Below are positions 38,528 through 47,255 of a stretch of DNA of 64,000 nucleotides, one piece after another. The translations under genes were made by a program, and so were the position numbers. The stretch is taken from the NCBI GenBank assembly GCA_029976805.1, contig JAPOLY010000003.1, positions 10,223 to 74,222 of the forward strand, in the 5' to 3' direction. The DNA is from a bacterium. GTDB lineage: Bacteria; Planctomycetota; UBA8108; UBA1146. Numbering within the stretch: the stretch's first letter is position 1; each line of letters starts with the position of its first letter. The notes under the pieces are model-generated. The model saw only the letters and a list, made by a program, of their open reading frames with translations. It had not been told where the DNA came from and did no database searches.

Positions 38528-39592
38528 TCACCCCTTCAGGAGGTGCTGGAACTTCTTCTTCTCGGCAGCCCAGCGATAAGCATTCTCCGCTGAAATCGAG
38601 CCTTCTTTCAAGCGCGCAAGAATCGCATCGTCCATCAATTGCATTCCCTTGCCCCGTCCACCTTCGATCAGGGAGACGATCTTGTGAACGGCCCCTTCAC
38701 GAATAATGTTGGGCAATGCACCATCGTGGAAGAGCAACTCATTGACGACGACGCGTCCCTTGCCGTCCTTCTTCGGAATCAGCAACTGGGCAATGATGCC
38801 TTTCAGCGAGCAGGAAAGCATGGTGCGCACCTGGTTCTGTTGCTCCTCCGGAAAGACGTCGATAATCCTGTCCACGGTTTTTGCGGCACTGTTGGTGTGC
38901 AGGGTGGCAAAAACCAGATACCCCATCTCAGCGGCAGTGATCGCCAATCCGATCGTCTCCAGGTCGCGAAGCTCACCGACAAGGATCACATCAGGATCCT
39001 GACGACCGACAGAACGCAGTGCTTTCGCAAAGGATTCCGAGTCGATCCCCACTTCACGCTGGGTAATCTGGGATTTCTTGTTTTGGTGCACAAACTCGAT
39101 CGGTTCCTCGATGGTGACGATGTGTCGTGACTGATTCTGATTGATGTAATCGATCAGTGCAGCGAGGGTTGTCGACTTGCCGCTACCGGTAGGCCCGGTG
39201 CACAGCACCAGTCCATTGCGAAGGTGACAGAACTTTTCAATGTGAGTGGGGACACCGAGTGCGGAAACCGGAAGGATTTCCTCCGGGATCATGCGGAAAA
39301 CCCCGGCAAGACCATGTTGCTGTCGGAAAAAACTGCACCGGAATCGGGCCACCCCGGGCAACGCATAGGCCCAATCGAGGTCATTTTTCTCAACCAACAG
39401 ATTTTGACGCTTCTCGTCGAGCATCGGCATCAGAAGCGCTTCCGTCTGTGCCGCGGTCAGCGGCTCCTTGGAAACGGGCCGAAGGTGACCATGGACACGA
39501 ATCTTCGGAGGCATGCCGGCACTGACGTGGAGGTCGGAACCGTTGAGTTCCTTGATCATCGTCAACAACTTGTCGATTTGTTCGGTACTCAT
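38528..39592 (-). CDS. pilT: Type IV pilus retraction ATPase PilT
   Basis: 354 aa. GPTGSGKSTT Walker A, Asp/His boxes, AIRNLIRE-like motif. Canonical PilT length. Confidence 0.9.
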   Translation of the reverse strand: MSTEQIDKLLTMIKELNGSDLHVSAGMPPKIRVHGHLRPVSKEPLTAAQTEALLMPMLDEKRQNLLVEKNDLDWAYALPGVARFRCSFFRQQHGLAGVFRMIPEEILPVSALGVPTHIEKFCHLRNGLVLCTGPTGSGKSTTLAALIDYINQNQSRHIVTIEEPIEFVHQNKKSQITQREVGIDSESFAKALRSVGRQDPDVILVGELRDLETIGLAITAAEMGYLVFATLHTNSAAKTVDRIIDVFPEEQQNQVRTMLSCSLKGIIAQLLIPKKDGKGRVVVNELLFHDGALPNIIREGAVHKIVSLIEGGRGKGMQLMDDAILARLKEGSISAENAYRWAAEKKKFQHLLKG

Positions 39593-39596
39593 GAAC

Positions 39597-40958
39597 TTAA
39601 CCCTTCATCGACGAGGGGTCTTCCGCATGGTAGCGGGCCACCTCCGGTGTGATCACACCTTTGCTCAGCAATTCACGAATCGAATCATCCATGGTGACCA
39701 TTCCTTGCTTGCGGCCCGTCTGCAAAACAGAAGGCAGCTGGAAGGTCTTGTTTTCCCGAATCAGGTTTCCGACTGCTGAAGTCGCAAACATGATCTCGAG
39801 AGCGGGTACCACACCGGTTCCATCCTTGCGGGGAAGCAACTGCTGGGAAATCACACCACGCATCGATTCGGAAACCATCGCCCGAATCTGCTCCTGCTCC
39901 CGCGGTGGGAAGACATCGATCAGTCGGTCGAGGGATCGCACAGCATTGGTGGTATGAAGGGTCGCCAGTACCAGGTGCCCCGTCTCCGCTGCAGTGATCG
40001 CCATCGAGATCGTTTCCACGTCACGCATCTCTCCGACCATGATGACATCGGGATCCGCACGCATGGCGGATCTCAGTGCCGAATGGAAGCTTTCCGTATG
40101 ACGGCGGACATGGCGCTGATTAATGTTGGAACCTGCGGGATCAAAGATGTATTCGATGGGGTCTTCCACCGTAACGATATGGTCATTCCGGGACTGATTG
40201 ATCATTCCGATCAGCGCAGCCAGAGTGGCGGACTTGCCGCAGCCGGAAGGCCCTGTCACCAGAACGATGCCCTGGTTGTACTGGGTAAACTCCTTGAGCA
40301 CATCCGGCATGTTCAAGTCTTCCAGCGTCGGAACCGTATCGGGTATCAGGCGAAAAATCGCCTCCTTGCCCTTTCGCTGTTGAAAGCAATTCGCCCGGTA
40401 GCGCCCGTGATCTTCGGTCTCGAGACAGAAATCGAGATCCAGATGCTCTTCCAACTCATGCCACTGTTCGTCGTCGAGCAGTTCACGGACCGCTTTTTCC
40501 GTATCATCAGCGGAAAGGGTCGGATGCTTGAGACGGATCAACTGGCCATGAAGTCTGACCAGAGGGGCGGAATCGACCTGGAAATGGAAGTCGGAGCAAC
40601 CGAGTTCTCTCGCCTTGCGCAAGTACTCGGCGATGGGCTGGCCACTCATCTCCGTAAAGTCCATTCTCTGGAGGTCGGCAACGGTCGGCCCGGTCCCGGC
40701 AGGGGTTGCGGCAGCAGTCTGGGAAGCGCTCTGGGTTGCGGTGGCACCACCCAGACGTTCATCGATCTTCTTCTGAATAGCGGCAGCATGCTGAGCGGAG
40801 ATCAATCCCTCTGAGACGAGGGCTTCACCCAGATCGCCTCCTGCAGGCAATCCCGCCATCACTTTTTTCAGAGCGGCTTCATCGACCAATTTGTTCTTGA
40901 GGACGATGCGACCGAACATCGTTGCCCTGGAGGAACGATCTCGTGTCTCTTCTGTCAT
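39597..40958 (-). CDS. PilT/PilU-family ATPase paralog with ~110-aa N-terminal extension containing an MshEN-like motif
   Basis: GPSGCGKSAT Walker A and PilT-like core. The N-terminus LGEALVSEGLISAQHAAAIQKKI resembles the T2SSE_N/MshEN repeat. ATG 40958 is preferred (GGAG SD); GTG 41018 is possible. Confidence 0.78.
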   Translation of the reverse strand: MTEETRDRSSRATMFGRIVLKNKLVDEAALKKVMAGLPAGGDLGEALVSEGLISAQHAAAIQKKIDERLGGATATQSASQTAAATPAGTGPTVADLQRMDFTEMSGQPIAEYLRKARELGCSDFHFQVDSAPLVRLHGQLIRLKHPTLSADDTEKAVRELLDDEQWHELEEHLDLDFCLETEDHGRYRANCFQQRKGKEAIFRLIPDTVPTLEDLNMPDVLKEFTQYNQGIVLVTGPSGCGKSATLAALIGMINQSRNDHIVTVEDPIEYIFDPAGSNINQRHVRRHTESFHSALRSAMRADPDVIMVGEMRDVETISMAITAAETGHLVLATLHTTNAVRSLDRLIDVFPPREQEQIRAMVSESMRGVISQQLLPRKDGTGVVPALEIMFATSAVGNLIRENKTFQLPSVLQTGRKQGMVTMDDSIRELLSKGVITPEVARYHAEDPSSMKG

Positions 40959-41071
40959 AAATTCTCCCCGAAGTTTGGGCTGAGGATCATCTGTTCCATG
41001 GAAATCTGGGAAATCCACGGAAACAGATCCCCCGGGAAAGGCTAATTGGGAATCCCGGGCAAGACCGTATC

Positions 41072-42580
41072 CTAGCCTTCAGGGGTTTCGGGGCAAGATC
41101 GTGTCCCGCGACGGATCTGCTCAATCAATCCCGTCGTCGAGAATCCGGGCTTCAGGGTCACTGTTTCAACCCGTCCCCCAGCCGCCTCGACCACTTCCCG
41201 GCCCACCACCTCTTCAATGGCGTAGTCCGCCCCCTTGACGAGGACATCCGGAAGCAGCTTTGAAATGAGTGCCTCCGGGGTGTCTTCATCGAAGATCACC
41301 ACGTGATCCACACTGGATAGCGCACCGAGGAGCCGCGCTCTTTCAACCGCCGGGAGGATTGGCCTCTCGGGTCCTTTCAGACGGGTGACAGACTCGTCCG
41401 AGTTCAACCCAACGATCAAGGCATCACCGAAGGCCCGCGCAGCCTCCAGAAGTTGCAGGTGCCCGGAATGGAGCAGATCGAAACAGCCATTGGTGAAGAC
41501 CACCGTCTGACTTGCCTGACGATACTGTTCCATCACTTTTGTCATTTCTTCGACACTTTGACCCGGCTGCTTTTGCAAACCGAAATGGGTATCTCTGGCT
41601 GCGGAAAGTTCCCAAAGTTCGACAGGTTGAACTCCGACCTTTTGAACTTCGAGGCCCGCACCAAGGTTCGCCAACTGACACGCCTCGTCGATGGACCACC
41701 CCGCAGCCAGAGCCAGACCCAGAAGAGAGAGCACCATGTCTCCGGCACCGGCCACGTCCGTCACAGCCCTGACGCGGGTCGGGTGCCGACGCAGACCCCC
41801 TCCTCGGGATACGCGGGTCATTCCGTCGCGATCAAGGGTCAGAATGCAATGCTCGAGTTTCAAGTTCTCAACAAGGATTTCTCCCACACGGGCATGGTCA
41901 GCCGCCTCTTCACCCACCTCGAGCCCACTGGCCGCAGAGGCTTCATAGCGGTTGGGACAGATCAGAGTCGCACCTTCATACTTGGCCCAGTCACCGGATC
42001 GGCCGGGATCCACCAGAACAGGAATGCCACGATCGCGAGCCCCCTTCAAAAGACTTTTCAGCAACTCTTCGCCGAGCAGTCCTTTCTCGTAGTCGGAAAC
42101 GAGAATGATCGACAGGGGTTGGTCGAGCATCTGATCCAGAGCGTCCTGACACGCGGCCAATTCCGCAGGCGTCGAATCATGGACCTGCTCACGGTCGAGT
42201 CGCAAGATCTGCTGTTGACCCCTGCCCGCATGCTGCACCCCTGCAAGAATTCGAGTTTTGCAACTGGTTGGCCGATCCTGGGAGACGACGACATGGGAGA
42301 CGTCCGCCCCGAGTGCTTCCAGAGAGTCTCGGATGTGTATGCCTGCTTCATCGTCCCCTACCAGACCGATCACCCTTGTGGAGGCTCCCAGTGCTGACAG
42401 GTTGGCAACCACACTTCCTGCTCCACCAACCCTGCGTTCGTGCTGATGGGATCGAACCACAGGCACCGGAGCTTCCGGAGAGATTCTCTCCACATCTCCG
42501 TAATGGTACTCGTCCAACATGAGATCACCGATGACCAGAATCGGCTGATCTACCTGGATCGATTCGAGTGCAGGAATCAT
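41072..42580 (-). CDS. hldE: Bifunctional D-beta-D-heptose 7-phosphate kinase / heptose 1-phosphate adenylyltransferase
   Basis: N-terminal ribokinase-like domain. The C-terminal cytidylyltransferase signature is FTNGCFDLLHSGH. Confidence 0.9.
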   Translation of the reverse strand: MIPALESIQVDQPILVIGDLMLDEYHYGDVERISPEAPVPVVRSHQHERRVGGAGSVVANLSALGASTRVIGLVGDDEAGIHIRDSLEALGADVSHVVVSQDRPTSCKTRILAGVQHAGRGQQQILRLDREQVHDSTPAELAACQDALDQMLDQPLSIILVSDYEKGLLGEELLKSLLKGARDRGIPVLVDPGRSGDWAKYEGATLICPNRYEASAASGLEVGEEAADHARVGEILVENLKLEHCILTLDRDGMTRVSRGGGLRRHPTRVRAVTDVAGAGDMVLSLLGLALAAGWSIDEACQLANLGAGLEVQKVGVQPVELWELSAARDTHFGLQKQPGQSVEEMTKVMEQYRQASQTVVFTNGCFDLLHSGHLQLLEAARAFGDALIVGLNSDESVTRLKGPERPILPAVERARLLGALSSVDHVVIFDEDTPEALISKLLPDVLVKGADYAIEEVVGREVVEAAGGRVETVTLKPGFSTTGLIEQIRRGTRSCPETPEG

Positions 42581-43584
42581 GCGGTTCCTTTCGCCAGTCT
42601 CTGAAGCAGGGCCAATCTGAACAGCGGCAAATTGATCTCATGGTGACCAATCAGGGAGATGCCCCGATCCACCGGTCTCTGAAGGACATTGCGGCTGGTT
42701 CGATAGTGGGAATTCATGTCGAAATTAATGGCGGTGATCCCGGGTAATTCCTGACCGAGATTACGGGCAATATTGATGACCTTGAGGAAGACCTCAGGCA
42801 TCACCACTGCCGAACCGATATTGAGCCAACAGCCATTTTCGAGATCATGGACGACGGCAGCCAACAGACGAAAGTCGATACCTGTGGCCTCGCCCATCTC
42901 AGCTCCTGCGACTCCCGGATGCATATGCACGATGTCCGTTCCCATCGCTACATGAACCGTCGCCGGAATTCCCAATCGCCGGGCACTGGAGAGGATGGAA
43001 ATCTCAGGATGGGGCATTCCCGAATCGTGGATCAGGTCACCCAGAGCCGCACCAAGTCCGACCCCTTCTGCGCCCGAATGAGCGGCTTTTCTGAAAGAAT
43101 CCGCCGTCTCTGCGGACATTCCAAAAGTGCCGTCCGCAATGTGGGTGGCGACGTCTTCCGAAGTTTCACCGATCATCGCCAACTCGAGGTCGTGAATGGC
43201 AGTCGCTCCATTCATCGCCAATGCCTGAATGACCCCTCTCTCCATCAGATCGATGAGGATCGGACCCATTCCAACCTTGACGACGTGCCCCCCCAATGCA
43301 GCGACCACAGGAGCCTTCGCTTCATGGGAAGCAGCGACCGCCTCGACGGCGGCACGCAATTCTCCAGCGGCAAGAATATCGGGAAGGTGATCGAGCCATT
43401 CCGAAAAGGAGGCGTCCACAGGACACGGATCCCGGAATTGACTTCGGCGAACAATATTGTGTCGATCCCTGATCGGCGTCGCTCGAACTCCATCGAGGTC
43501 GAGGGGTTGCCAACGGTTTTCGCGGTTCATGGAAGCTCCTCTTCGACAGGTGACGATGCTATCAGAGAGCACCCGGAACTTCAC
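42577..43584 (-). CDS. Conserved hypothetical protein in heptose/lipid-A operon (possibly deoxyhypusine-synthase-like fold; unassigned)
   Basis: 335-aa ORF. GTG overlaps the lpxK stop (GTGA). The stretch GMGPILIDLMERGVIQALAMNGATAIHDLE is vaguely DHS-like. Low-certainty function. Confidence 0.4.
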   Translation of the reverse strand: MKFRVLSDSIVTCRRGASMNRENRWQPLDLDGVRATPIRDRHNIVRRSQFRDPCPVDASFSEWLDHLPDILAAGELRAAVEAVAASHEAKAPVVAALGGHVVKVGMGPILIDLMERGVIQALAMNGATAIHDLELAMIGETSEDVATHIADGTFGMSAETADSFRKAAHSGAEGVGLGAALGDLIHDSGMPHPEISILSSARRLGIPATVHVAMGTDIVHMHPGVAGAEMGEATGIDFRLLAAVVHDLENGCWLNIGSAVVMPEVFLKVINIARNLGQELPGITAINFDMNSHYRTSRNVLQRPVDRGISLIGHHEINLPLFRLALLQRLAKGTA

Positions 43585-44639
43585 GCATCCCTGTGGAACT
43601 GATCCCCCTGAATCCTGTCCAGAATCGTCTCCACCGGAAAATCCAACTCAATCTCCAGAACCTTGATCCTTGCTGCCACAGACTCGGAGAGAGGCAAATT
43701 CGCGACCTTTACCGCATCTTTGGCGGTACAGACCAATGATTCGCAATCGTGATCATCTGCCTGCTGGATCAGGGATTCCAGATCACGGGCGTGATAGGGG
43801 TGGTGATCCGGGAAACGGACCTCATGCCGGGGAGTGATCCCCGCAGATTTCAGAGTGTGGAGAAACCCGTCCGGTTCGCCGATGGCGCTGAATGCCAGGC
43901 AGCTCCCCACATTCTCCACCGGAAAATCGTCACCAGACAGAGTGCAAAAACCGCGTATGTCAGTCGAGGATTGATCGACAGGAAGACCCGGGTGCATTTG
44001 TTCGAAATAGGACTTCACCTGATCAAGCCACTCTGCTGAACACCGTTCACTTCTTGTCAGTAATACATGGTCCGCTCTCGAGACTCCATCCACAGGTTCC
44101 CTGAGACGTCCCAGTGGAAGACAGTATCCTCCACCGAATGGGTCCCGGGCATCGCAGAGAAGAATGTTGAGATCCCTGTGCAGCTTTCGATGTTGATAAG
44201 CGTCATCGAGAAGAATCAAATCGATGTGCGGGTGTTGAGCCAACATTAGTTGACCGGCATGGGTACGGTCCTTGTGCTGAAAGTGTGGAACGTCCGGAAG
44301 TTTTTCCTGCAACAAACGAAATTCGTCATTGCCCGGAAGTTCACCCCCCGACTCCCCCCCTCGCTCGGATCGATAGCCTCGGCTGAGGATCCCGGGATGG
44401 CCACCCCGTGCTTTCCAGGCTTTTGCAAGGGCCAGAACTGTGGGAGTTTTCCCGGTGCCACCGACAGTGATGTTTCCAAGGCTAATCACGGGGACCGGAA
44501 GCCTGTGGGGCCATTCTCCCCTCCGAACTTTGACCTGAGCTTTCTTGCGTGCTCGGCCCACTCCCCAGCGCCACACTTTTTCAAGAAGACGAAGGATGGG
44601 TTCAGGCAAAGACACCACCGGTTGGATCGAGTTCTGCAT
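43581..44639 (-). CDS. lpxK: Tetraacyldisaccharide 4'-kinase
   Basis: VISLGNITVGGTGKTP Walker A and LpxK-family body. Confidence 0.85.
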   Translation of the reverse strand: MQNSIQPVVSLPEPILRLLEKVWRWGVGRARKKAQVKVRRGEWPHRLPVPVISLGNITVGGTGKTPTVLALAKAWKARGGHPGILSRGYRSERGGESGGELPGNDEFRLLQEKLPDVPHFQHKDRTHAGQLMLAQHPHIDLILLDDAYQHRKLHRDLNILLCDARDPFGGGYCLPLGRLREPVDGVSRADHVLLTRSERCSAEWLDQVKSYFEQMHPGLPVDQSSTDIRGFCTLSGDDFPVENVGSCLAFSAIGEPDGFLHTLKSAGITPRHEVRFPDHHPYHARDLESLIQQADDHDCESLVCTAKDAVKVANLPLSESVAARIKVLEIELDFPVETILDRIQGDQFHRDA

Positions 44640-44652
44640 ACCGCTGTTCAGG

Positions 44653-44871
44653 TCACTTCTCCTCGACGCCCTGTCGGGGCCGATCGTGGAGAATCGTCAA
44701 TACCTCGAGGACCTGCTTTTCCCTCATGTGACCCAATTCGACGAGGATCTGTCCCAGAAATCGATGCGGCTCTCCGCGAGCCTCATCTCTGGCCTGAACG
44801 GCAAGCCCCTCATAGAGCTGGGCGGTTGTGATGTACTGAAGTTCGAAGGCGACCTCACCGAAGAGTCTCAT
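44653..44871 (-). CDS. Small standalone MshEN/T2SSE_N-like domain protein (~72 aa)
   Basis: Two tandem ~24-aa motifs, FGEVAFELQYITTAQLYEGL and LGQILVELGHMREKQVLEVL, matching the LGxxLVxxGxIxxxQLxxAL pattern. The start is ambiguous (ATG 44871, or 44943 which would encode a hydrophobic lead from the tandem repeat). Confidence 0.5.
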   Translation of the reverse strand: MRLFGEVAFELQYITTAQLYEGLAVQARDEARGEPHRFLGQILVELGHMREKQVLEVLTILHDRPRQGVEEK

Positions 44872-44894
44872 TTCCTCTGCCACAAATCCTCCAA

Positions 44895-44941
44895 CCACGA
44901 AGCCCACACAAACACGAAGCCCACACAAACACGAAGCCCAC
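44895..44941. repeat. Tandem direct repeat, 17-nt unit (CACGAAGCCCACACAAA) x ~2.8
   Basis: Read directly: cacgaagcccacacaaa cacgaagcccacacaaa cacgaagcccaca. Confidence 0.8.
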
Positions 44942-45032
44942 ATTCATAACCTTCGACAGGGATCGGAACCGCTCCCAGAATAACCAACGCCCGAGAGGCG
45001 AGCCAGATCACAGCTTTTTGGCAAAAACCCGC

Positions 45033-46055
45033 CTAGAGATCGCGACGGCGTCTTTCCAGCTGCTGTCGGTCATACAGCTGATCGGCATCCAGTCTCAACT
45101 CATCTTCGTCCAGCAATCCTGTCACCAGATCTCCTGGCAAGCCGGACTCTCCACAACATGCGCCTGCCAATGCCCCACCGAGTGCAGCAGTCAATTGAAC
45201 CGCTCCTCCAGACTGAAGACAGGAGAGCAGTACCGATCGAGGGGAAGAGGGATCACGAAACCAGGAATAGAGCGCAAGCATAAAGACAGGAAGACAACGG
45301 GCCTCGACGCCAATTCGATCCGGAGACTCTCCCCCCTCTTCTCCGACAGAGGAAAGCTGAAGGAATGCATCTTTCTCATTCAAGGTCAGCATACCGGGGA
45401 TCTTCTGAATCGAATCAGCCACAAGACTGTCGATTCTGTCTGCAGCAGTGGCTGCGCTATCGAGGACTTCTCCCAGAACGATTTCATGATGAGTCAGGCA
45501 ATGGGCGATGACGGTCGCCATGGCCGCATTCACCGCCCTCACTTTGGGGTCCTCATGGGTGATGGCTGTCAGACGGTCCACGTTTTCATTCAGTTCTTCC
45601 GGGGAGTCATGACACCAGAGCCCCACAAGAAGACTGCAAACCAGAGCCGATGCTCCGTCTTCACCGGGAGGACAGGCACACCCCCTTGCCGAACTGCCCT
45701 GACGGAGCCAACGGGACATGGCCCCATCCACATCGGTCAGACGCTCGATCATGCGGTTTTCACGCCACAGGGGGATCCACTCCTCAATGATGGCATTTTC
45801 CCGAATCATCCCCTCTTTGGCGATGGAGCGGGAAGCCAGTGACAACAGTTGAACTGCAGCTCCGTGCTGACCCGCAGGAAAATACCCGGACCGGTGACGG
45901 ACGTATCCATCGACGGCCTCATTCCCCAACGCACGCATGAAAATGCGGGAGGAGCCGGAGTGGGGAAATCCGAGCGCACTGCCCACGGCAGCTCCGAGAA
46001 TGGCTCCCCTGAATCGATCCTGCAGCCGTTCCTTGAGGGTCAGGGAAGTTTTCAT
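45033..46055 (-). CDS. ADP-ribosylglycohydrolase family protein (DraG/ARH-like)
   Basis: N-terminal RFRGAILGAAVGSALG motif. ATG 46055 overlaps the upstream stop (ATGA). Confidence 0.72.
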   Translation of the reverse strand: MKTSLTLKERLQDRFRGAILGAAVGSALGFPHSGSSRIFMRALGNEAVDGYVRHRSGYFPAGQHGAAVQLLSLASRSIAKEGMIRENAIIEEWIPLWRENRMIERLTDVDGAMSRWLRQGSSARGCACPPGEDGASALVCSLLVGLWCHDSPEELNENVDRLTAITHEDPKVRAVNAAMATVIAHCLTHHEIVLGEVLDSAATAADRIDSLVADSIQKIPGMLTLNEKDAFLQLSSVGEEGGESPDRIGVEARCLPVFMLALYSWFRDPSSPRSVLLSCLQSGGAVQLTAALGGALAGACCGESGLPGDLVTGLLDEDELRLDADQLYDRQQLERRRRDL

Positions 46056-47164
46056 GAAGTTTCGTCCTGTTCCGTGGTCTGCGGGTCGGCGGATTCCACC
46101 GACTGTCGCCACTGGGCGAGGGTCTGGATCGGACAGCGCTTTCTCCAGAAGGGTTTCATATCCTTGAACCAGCCCAGACCCACTCCGGCAAGCAGTGCAG
46201 GGCCGCGGGAAGGTTGGGCAAAGTCGGCTGAAACGTGCACGTGGTCCGCATCGACATCCCAATCGAGCGCAGAGGCATCATCCGCAGAATCGTAGATCGC
46301 TTCCGGGTCCGGGGCGTCACCCTTCCTGGGATCGGCGACAGCATCGGTTTCCGGAAGGTACCAATGGTCCCCATGGGGAGCCGGCAATGCACCGGCCACA
46401 GATTCGTCGAAGTCACTGCCAGCGACTACCCGCCAGCCTTGGGCTCCACTCTGATCCAGCATGATGATTCTTTGGCCGGGGGTCGGTTCACAGGCCAACC
46501 ACAGGCGGGCTGCCACAGGGGTCGTTCCCGCCATGAACCAGGTCCCCCTCGGTAAACCGGTTTCACGAACCAGCTCTTCCTGGAGGATCCCCACTCTCTG
46601 GTATCCGGGCATCACCGGCGGCAACTGACCCGAGGTCAGGCCGACTCCATCCACTTTGGCTGGATCCCAACGCTCTACTGAGTGCTTACCCGGCGTCAAA
46701 CCCGACTGCCAGGCAAAGGAAGTGGTCGTCGCGAGAGCTCCGGTCCAGCGATACCTCAACCAGTCCTGAACATCGAGAACTGCAACCAGACTGCGAGTCA
46801 AACCGGGATAGCCGGCGAGGGTTGTGGGGATTCTCTCGTTCAGGGCATCCGCAGGAGGATGGTCCTCACTCCAGCCTATGGCCCGTGGGGGAACCGGCTC
46901 CATTTCTGCATCGACGAGAACCAGTCCGGAACTTCCAGCCACACCGATGGCGGCCACGGAACCGGGACGGATCTTCCCCGTTTCCAGCGCATGCTGGAGC
47001 AAAGCCCTCACAGAGCGGACCTTTTCGTCGGGGTGTGATCGCCAATCCTCGTCAAAGGAGGTGGTCACCTGCTCCCGAATCACCGAGAGGACGACGCCCC
47101 TGCGATCGACCGCCTGCAAAATCAGATTGTTTCCAGAGAGTTCGAGACCGAGCAGAACACTCAA
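46052..47164 (-). CDS. Degenerate FGGY-like carbohydrate kinase (ASKHA fold), short
   Basis: LLGLELSGNNLILQAVD resembles the FGGY N-terminal phosphate-1 motif, and AIGVAGSSGLVLVD resembles AIGISGQMHGxVLLD. TTG 47164 has a GGAGG SD 6 nt upstream. Confidence 0.5.
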   Translation of the reverse strand: MSVLLGLELSGNNLILQAVDRRGVVLSVIREQVTTSFDEDWRSHPDEKVRSVRALLQHALETGKIRPGSVAAIGVAGSSGLVLVDAEMEPVPPRAIGWSEDHPPADALNERIPTTLAGYPGLTRSLVAVLDVQDWLRYRWTGALATTTSFAWQSGLTPGKHSVERWDPAKVDGVGLTSGQLPPVMPGYQRVGILQEELVRETGLPRGTWFMAGTTPVAARLWLACEPTPGQRIIMLDQSGAQGWRVVAGSDFDESVAGALPAPHGDHWYLPETDAVADPRKGDAPDPEAIYDSADDASALDWDVDADHVHVSADFAQPSRGPALLAGVGLGWFKDMKPFWRKRCPIQTLAQWRQSVESADPQTTEQDETS

Positions 47165-47255
47165 GGAAAGCCTCCAGTCCTTCAACCCGGGAAGGGACCT
47201 GGATCCCTCCCTTTTCCGGTTTCATTTTTCCATAACAGGGTCCATTCTAACCCAC

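Noticed and set aside
45018-45842. 274-aa plus-strand ORF
   Set aside because: Antisense to the ADP-ribosylglycohydrolase gene, which has a clear family motif.
46824-47255. 5' ~430 nt of the 498-aa plus-strand ORF
   Set aside because: This part is antisense to the FGGY-like gene. Only the downstream GT9 heptosyltransferase homology (from about 47256) is real.
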